Positions 57,811 through 64,000 of a stretch of 64,000 nucleotides of DNA are shown here, one piece after another. The DNA is from a virus. The notes beneath the pieces are model-generated. The model saw only the letters and a list, made by a program, of their open reading frames with translations. It searched no databases and was not told where the DNA came from. The position numbers and the translations under genes were made by a program. The stretch's first letter is position 1; the number at the start of each line of letters is the position of its first letter. The stretch spans positions 1-64,000 of IMG/VR virus record IMGVR_UViG_3300035670_000113; one strand, written 5' to 3'.

Positions 57811-59109
57811 ATGAGGATGACAGACACGATTAATATCTTTTCGCATGAACCAGAATTGGCGGTTCTTTCAATAAACTTGAAAAACCCCACACTTGTAAAC
57901 TTATCAAGTGGGCCTAGATTTTATATGTTTTCATCCATACCGCATCAAGTGATATACAAAGAAATGGAAGACCTGTATGAGAAAAATCTTGTTGCAGATT
58001 CTTCACTTGTTGTAGCGTCTTTGGAAAGTAGTGGTACACTAAATAAGGCTGGAGGAAAAGAGTACATAGAGTATCTTCTTGGGCTAGACTATCCAGAAGC
58101 AAATCTTTCAGAGTACGTTAGAATTCTTCAGCAGTCTTATAAAGCAAGAATGGCAATTACTGCAGTATCTACTTTCAAGACATCTGAGATTACTACGGAT
58201 AATGTAGATACACTGATGTCAACATTAAAAAGATCAATAGATAATATTACAGAAACATCTGGAGGATCTGCGACTGTACATATCGGTGATAACATGAAAG
58301 AATTCACTGATACTGTTATTTCCAGAGTTTCAAACCCAGGAATTAGGGGCTTTTCTTGGGGTATTAGTGATATTGATATAACCACTGGTGGTAAAAGTGC
58401 TGGAGACTTATGGATTATAGCATCAAGACCTTCTATGGGAAAGACAGCTGTAATTTGTAATTCACTTTTAAAGGATGGTGAGAACGGTGTTCCATCAATC
58501 CTGTTTGAGAAAGAAATGAATTATCAGTCATTGGTAGAGAGATTGGTAGCCATTGATACTGGTATCCCACTTCAGAATATTAGAATGGGAATTCTAAATC
58601 AGGAGCAATTAAAACTTATTCTAGCTTCTGGAAAGAAAATAAAAGAGTATCCAATCTACATTGACACAAACTTTAAATCAGACGTATACTACCTAGAATC
58701 AACCATATCGAGACACCAGAAAGTTAATGGTATCAAAAATGTATATCTCGATTATCTACAACTCTTTGCAGAAAGGGATGATAATCAAACACACGAACTA
58801 GGGAGAATTTCAAGAACACTGAAGTTACTATCAACAGAATTGAATATATGTACAATAGCAGTATCTCAGTTAAATAGAATGGTTGAGATGAGAGATAATA
58901 AAAGACCATTCCTTTCAGACCTAAGACAGTCAGGAAATCTAGAAGAAGATGCTGATTTTGTAGTAGGATTGTATAGGGATGACTATTATAATACTGAATC
59001 ATCTGCTAAGGGTCTACTAGAATTTATAGTTCTTAAAGCAAGAAATGGTCCTGTTGGTACTCTCACATTAAAGTTTGTAGCAGATTCAAATAAAGTATTA
59101 AAGGTTTAA
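57811..59109 (+). CDS. dnaB: Replicative DnaB-like helicase
   Basis: SRPSMGKT, DYLQL, SQLNR, RPFLSDLRQSGNLEEDAD, KARNGPVG. Confidence 0.95.
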   Translation: MRMTDTINIFSHEPELAVLSINLKNPTLVNLSSGPRFYMFSSIPHQVIYKEMEDLYEKNLVADSSLVVASLESSGTLNKAGGKEYIEYLLGLDYPEANLSEYVRILQQSYKARMAITAVSTFKTSEITTDNVDTLMSTLKRSIDNITETSGGSATVHIGDNMKEFTDTVISRVSNPGIRGFSWGISDIDITTGGKSAGDLWIIASRPSMGKTAVICNSLLKDGENGVPSILFEKEMNYQSLVERLVAIDTGIPLQNIRMGILNQEQLKLILASGKKIKEYPIYIDTNFKSDVYYLESTISRHQKVNGIKNVYLDYLQLFAERDDNQTHELGRISRTLKLLSTELNICTIAVSQLNRMVEMRDNKRPFLSDLRQSGNLEEDADFVVGLYRDDYYNTESSAKGLLEFIVLKARNGPVGTLTLKFVADSNKVLKV

Positions 59110-59111
59110 TT

Positions 59112-59537
59112 ATGCCGTTGAAATCAAGAGTTAAAGGAAATCAATTTGAAGCACTGGCAGTTCAGTTATTGACAGAACTTGTTAAAAATAGTAGTTGGAA
59201 GAGAGTCCCAGGTTCCGGTGCATTTGGGACTTCAATGCATGAGCCACACCTACTTGGTGATATAGTAGGGCATGTGGATTCATTTCAGAAGCCATTCAGA
59301 GTAGAAGCCAAAGTTGGATATAACAGTGCATCCGATACCAGGGAAGTAAAACAGTTCACTCTTAAAAAAGAATGGTTAGATAAGATAAAACAGGAAGGTG
59401 TAAATTCATATTCCTTCCCATTTTTAATAGGAAAGTTTTCTGGTGCTAGAGATGGAGTTAAAGTATTCGTAGTAATGGATTTAGAACAATTTGCAGATCT
59501 CTTAAATAAAGTCACAGAACTTTCAAACGAGGAATAG
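59112..59537 (+). CDS. Holliday junction resolvase (PD-(D/E)xK, Hjc-like)
   Basis: KGNQFE, RVPGSGA, GDI, VEAK. Confidence 0.75.
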   Translation: MPLKSRVKGNQFEALAVQLLTELVKNSSWKRVPGSGAFGTSMHEPHLLGDIVGHVDSFQKPFRVEAKVGYNSASDTREVKQFTLKKEWLDKIKQEGVNSYSFPFLIGKFSGARDGVKVFVVMDLEQFADLLNKVTELSNEE

Positions 59538-60195
59538 ATGAGAGATGCCTGGAATACCATAAAAGATTTTTATACAGAAAACTTTAAGATTTCTGAAGAA
59601 GTTGTTGATATTGTAGCAGACCATGATATTTTACTGTTATGCGCCTCTGGACTGTCAAATATATCTATAGCATCGTTTCTGAATGTTGATGTTGAAGATG
59701 TTGCAAGTGCTGTAGAAAAGTTTTATGGTTTTCGTGGGTGGATATCTGACATGAAGATTAATCCATATAAAGAATACAGAACAGATAATAATAAAGATAC
59801 CTTTATAGAAAGATTAGAATCTGCAGGTATTGATAAGGATGCTATTTTTACATCTTACGCATTATGTGAAAAATGTTTTGCATACGATAATAGAATAGAA
59901 AAAGAGTGGGTATAATTGCAGGAAGGAATATAAATGAAAATTAATATAGAAAAAATACCCTATGGAAATAATTATATTAGTGTTGGAAATACTGTGACTA
60001 GAGAACTTACTAATTTACAGGTACTTCAAATGATATCAAAACTGGGTGTTTTTGGAGTACTGAGATTGGAAGTTGATACAATTAGTAAGTTTTCCAGTTT
60101 ATGCAAGGTGCTTGAAAAACTTGGTATTATAAGTTACTATCATACATATGAACCAGAAAATTCACGTACTATTTTAAATATAAGAAGGAGTTAAT

Positions 60196-60567
60196 ATGAT
60201 TACAAATTCAAATGAACTAATTAAATCATTACCAGATTTTGATGACCTTGTAAAGGTTGCTCAGGATATTTCAGCACTACAGTATAAAAAATTAATGCTG
60301 GAAGCTAAAATCAAGGAGGCCGAAGCAAACGTATTTAAACTGGCATTTACTGACGAGAAGTTTTTCCAGGGAGGAAAGCCAGCCTCAGTTACATTTATTG
60401 AGAACACCTATAAATACACTGGACTGGATAATTCAATAGTTCCTCTAAGAACAGAGTTAGCAGAAGTAACAGCAAAATTAGAAGAGCATAGAATTCTATT
60501 TGACATCTATAAGAACATGTTGGACGTGTGGAGAACATTATCAGCATCTGAAAGAAGTGTTACATAA
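60196..60567 (+). CDS. Helical protein, possibly a UvsY-like recombination mediator
   Basis: Coiled coil ending RTLSASER; replication context. Confidence 0.35.
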   Translation: MITNSNELIKSLPDFDDLVKVAQDISALQYKKLMLEAKIKEAEANVFKLAFTDEKFFQGGKPASVTFIENTYKYTGLDNSIVPLRTELAEVTAKLEEHRILFDIYKNMLDVWRTLSASERSVT

Positions 60568-61244
60568 TGACAATAAAACTATCAGCATCACTGATAAAGG
60601 ATTGGCTGGCGTGTAAGGCCATGCCGTTCAATAGAATTAATTTCCCAGAAGAGGTTGTTCCGAGCAGGGAAATGCACATCGGTAATGCTGTACATTTCTC
60701 TATAGAGCATGGATGGACAAACATGGAGTCCAGCATGGTCTACCTTGAAAAGTATAGAAAGTATTTTGACTATACACCACAAGAAAAAGATTTTATACTA
60801 AAATGTTTGAATAATTTTCATTCAGTATTTAGGGGATTTCTTTCAGAGGAAGATCTCGTAGAAAAAAAGTTTTCAATTGATATTGGAAATGATGTTCGTG
60901 TAGTAGGTAAAATAGATAGAATAACGTCTGATGGAAAGATTTTTGATTGGAAAACAGATAGAAAAGTTCCCTCCAGTATATCAAAGTCACCACAGTTTAT
61001 AATCTATGATTGGGCATATAGAAAACTTTTTGACAAACAACCAGTAGGAGTTTATTTTGCATCCCTTACCGAAGGAAGTTTAATAAGTAAGAAGAAGGAT
61101 GCCCTTTCAGAAAATGAATTGTTTGAGAGTATAATACCTGCTATAGTTAGTGATATAAGAAATAATAAGTTTCCAAGAACAGGGTTATTTACAGGAACTT
61201 GTTTTAGATGTCAGTATAAGAAATCCTGTTTAAAGGAAGATTAA
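60567..61244 (+). CDS. PD-(D/E)xK Cas4/RecB-like exonuclease
   Basis: GNAVH, GKIDRI, DWKT, QFIIY, CFRCQY...C. Confidence 0.85.
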   Translation: MTIKLSASLIKDWLACKAMPFNRINFPEEVVPSREMHIGNAVHFSIEHGWTNMESSMVYLEKYRKYFDYTPQEKDFILKCLNNFHSVFRGFLSEEDLVEKKFSIDIGNDVRVVGKIDRITSDGKIFDWKTDRKVPSSISKSPQFIIYDWAYRKLFDKQPVGVYFASLTEGSLISKKKDALSENELFESIIPAIVSDIRNNKFPRTGLFTGTCFRCQYKKSCLKED

Positions 61245-61245
61245 T

Positions 61246-61647
61246 ATGAGTTGGGCAGTACAAAATTTATTACGAACAAGAGAGACTATTAGAATAAAGC
61301 ATGATATAGAATCAGATGAGTACAATGACTTACTTATTCTAGAAAGACAGATAAAGGTATTACATGCTGCAGGAATGTTAACAGACTTTGATGTATTTTT
61401 GTTAGATTCTATCGGTGATGGTAGACCGCTAGTAGAACTTGAGAGAATACTAAATCTTAATCGGCTTACTGTATCTAAACTATTCGTGCAATTGTGTAGT
61501 AGAATAGCATATTATCTTGGTGGAACATTTACAGATGACGGACTGATTGAGGATATGACAAAGAAGTATTCCCTGAAGGATGAAGAAATAGAAACCCTAA
61601 AGAAATATATCAGCGGAAGATATAGACATAAACTAAAAAGGAAATAA
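61246..61647 (+). CDS. Putative HTH protein
   Basis: GRPLVELERILNLNRLTVSK. Confidence 0.4.
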   Translation: MSWAVQNLLRTRETIRIKHDIESDEYNDLLILERQIKVLHAAGMLTDFDVFLLDSIGDGRPLVELERILNLNRLTVSKLFVQLCSRIAYYLGGTFTDDGLIEDMTKKYSLKDEEIETLKKYISGRYRHKLKRK

Positions 61648-61650
61648 AAA

Positions 61651-62547
61651 GTGATAGCAAAAACAGACATTAAGAATTTCAGATGCAAGCACAGACACTC
61701 AGCTTTATCCCACCCCAAATGTTATATAAAGTTTCTGAGGGGTGAAGAAGATAAAAAGACACTCCCCAAAATACTTGTAATGGATATTGAAACATCCCCA
61801 CTTACTGCGTATGTTTGGCAAAAGAGTGTGTGGAAGGCAAGCATTACAGATGACCACATTATATCAGAGTGGTATATGCTTTGCTGGAGTGCTAAATGGT
61901 TATTTGATAATAATATAATGGCAGATAGACTCACATCTAAAGAGGCACTGGCAGAGGATGACTCTAGAATAGTTGGAAGTTTGTGGAAACTTTTGGATGA
62001 AGCAGACATTGTTATAGCACATAATGGTGATACTTTTGATGTTCCAAATATGAATACACGTTTTATTGTTAATAACTACACTCCTCCAAGTCCATACAAG
62101 ACAATTGATACTGTCAAAATAGCTCGAAGACAGTTTGGATTTACCCATAATAGTCTTAGAGCTCTTGCAAAAGTTTTTGGATTCAAGACAAAACTGGAAA
62201 CTAATTTTGAGCTGTGGAAAAAGTGTACAGACGGTGATGAAGAATCCCTAAAAAGTATGGAAGAGTATAACAAGAATGATGTCAGACTTCTAGAGGATGT
62301 ATATACAAAACTTAGACCCTGGATTAATGGACACCCAAATCTTGGAATGTACATGGACTTTGATGGTCCGGTATGTCCAAACTGCGGAAGTGATAATATT
62401 AAATGGATTGATGGAAAATTCTGGTATGCATCTTCATCTAAATACCCGCTATTTACTTGTGATAATTGTGGGGCTTTTGGAAAGTCACGTACAAATGTTG
62501 TAACTAAAGAAGAAAAGAAAAACCTAGCATCACCAATACCTAGATAA
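61651..62547 (+). CDS. DnaQ/RNase H-like 3'-5' exonuclease with Zn ribbon
   Basis: DIETS, AHNGDTFD, YNKNDV, CPNCGS...CDNC. Confidence 0.85.
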   Translation: MIAKTDIKNFRCKHRHSALSHPKCYIKFLRGEEDKKTLPKILVMDIETSPLTAYVWQKSVWKASITDDHIISEWYMLCWSAKWLFDNNIMADRLTSKEALAEDDSRIVGSLWKLLDEADIVIAHNGDTFDVPNMNTRFIVNNYTPPSPYKTIDTVKIARRQFGFTHNSLRALAKVFGFKTKLETNFELWKKCTDGDEESLKSMEEYNKNDVRLLEDVYTKLRPWINGHPNLGMYMDFDGPVCPNCGSDNIKWIDGKFWYASSSKYPLFTCDNCGAFGKSRTNVVTKEEKKNLASPIPR

Positions 62548-63000
62548 AGGAGATATGTAAATGTATACAAAAATAACTTACTCGTCCAACGTAGTCTGTG
62601 AATTTGAAGATGGCTCATGGACTGTTGTAGCAGATATTATAGAGCGAAGATTTAATGGAGAAACATGGGAAGAAGAGAAAATCGCCGCTAAAGGAATTAG
62701 CAACCTGTTTGAAGAGGCTTATCAAACCGCAATGAGATCTTCTGTTGCTCAGTTTAATGACAGACTAAAGAAGACCAAATCTGGAGGATTATTTCCAACC
62801 CCAAGTAGAGATTAATATGGGAAAACTTATTATTACTAAACTTGATAGATTTAATACAATTGTGATAAAACAAGTAGGGGGTAAGTTCTTTCTATCAGCA
62901 CAGGATTCTTTGGTTATAGATATTCCTGGACTGGCATTTATTTTAAAGTACCTGGTATTCAATAATTTAATCAGTGTAAAGGTATTAGAAGGGATTATTA

Positions 63001-63600
63001 ATGAGTATAGAGATATTAAAACTTGATAAGGTGGTTCTTCCAAAGAGCGTGTGTGTTCTTTTTTCTGGAAGAATGGGAGTAGGAAAAACCCTTTGCAGTA
63101 ATATTGCAAAGACATCTGTTAATGATGCTGGAATGACATCAACCGTATTATCTTTTGCCTATGATGTAAAAAAGATAGCACGAACTATGGGATGGAATGG
63201 AATAAAAGATGCGAGAGGTAGAGCACTTCTACAGGGGGTAGGAAGAATTGGCAGAGATTATGACAAGGACTGTTGGGTAAAATCGTCCTTTAAGCGGGCG
63301 GAAGAAACTAGTGGTTATCCTTTTGATTTTATATTCGTAGATGATTGGAGATTTCCCAATGAGGCGATTTATATTAAAGAACATGAACCTCTTTATCATG
63401 TTGTTGAAATTAATATTATATCTGATACTTATTTTCCTGCAGATGGAATTTTTGGCACTGATGATGCTTCTGAAACATCGTTAGAGAATCATACATTTGA
63501 TTATATTATAGACAATAATTCTGATACATTGCACCTCCATAATTCCATAGTTCAAGTACTTAATAGAGTGTCCAAAGAGTTAAGAAGTTCAAATAGATGA
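63001..63600 (+). CDS. Deoxynucleoside monophosphate kinase
   Basis: SGRMGVGKT, SFAYDVK, RALLQ.VG, DDWRFPNE, SETSL. Confidence 0.85.
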   Translation: MSIEILKLDKVVLPKSVCVLFSGRMGVGKTLCSNIAKTSVNDAGMTSTVLSFAYDVKKIARTMGWNGIKDARGRALLQGVGRIGRDYDKDCWVKSSFKRAEETSGYPFDFIFVDDWRFPNEAIYIKEHEPLYHVVEINIISDTYFPADGIFGTDDASETSLENHTFDYIIDNNSDTLHLHNSIVQVLNRVSKELRSSNR

Positions 63601-64000
63601 TGTATATTCATACAGGAAAAAAATTAAATGCTGCCTAAAACATGCTTTCTTTGTGAGAAAGAGATACAGATTGGTAGCCGATATCAGATAATTGGCCTAG
63701 ATAAGCCGTATATAAACCTCTATTTTCATAGAGGTTGCTACGGTTTAATCGGTGAAATCAATGTATTTTTATCACAAAATGTAAAAAAAGTGTATAATTG
63801 GTGTAATAAAACTAATAAAAACACAAAGAAATGAGGATAAATGGCCAAGCAAACCAAAGAAAAAATGAGAAATCTTAAACAGTACAGTGATATGACTGAT
63901 GAAAGGTTTGAAGAAATTTGGAAGAGTAGGGTTGCTGGACTTCAGCGTTCAAGTGACTTTGAGGAAAGAATCAATAAGAAACTTGAGGATTTCTCTAAAG

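Noticed and set aside
60567-61244. Cas4-like gene as part of a CRISPR system
   Set aside because: It is a solo PD-(D/E)xK exonuclease in a replication operon, which is common in phages; there is no array

Overview
A 64-kb segment of a large, AT-rich tailed dsDNA phage genome read in the standard genetic code. It runs as follows. (1) 1-12.4 kb: end of the tail module (tape-measure C-terminus, two hub-like proteins, Ser-Gly-rich fibre proteins) and a lysis module (GH25 endolysin, holin-like protein). (2) 12.4-13.8 kb: a compositionally odd junction with a small inverted operon. (3) 13.9-34.3 kb (+): an early/accessory block with SprT, PrsW-like and papain-like peptidases, a tRNA/ncRNA cassette next to a DIP1984-like gene, and a phiEco32-type ATP-grasp/amidoligase/glutamine-amidotransferase cluster containing a RuvB-like ATPase. 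(4) 34.4-41.5 kb (-): class II RNR, MazG, HAD nucleotidase, primase and three DNA methyltransferases. (5) 41.6-51.7 kb: an array of 28 tRNAs (one more lies at 18.4 kb; 19 amino acids covered, no Cys found). The array is interleaved with four unrelated 210-300 nt highly structured ncRNA candidates and ends in a DUF2828/TROVE(Ro)-like gene. (6) 51.7-64 kb: replication and recombination genes (PolA, RecA, SSB, DnaB, resolvase, exonucleases, dNMP kinase). The best candidate for an undescribed system is at 49.17-51.56 kb. There, four small RNA modules share a stem-NN-[A/T]CAGCAA signature and each carries an anticodon-like hairpin. One is circularly permuted inside a tRNA and one overlaps the ribosome-binding site of the Ro-like gene. 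All calls come from reading the sequence and recalling family motifs; no database search or folding program was run.
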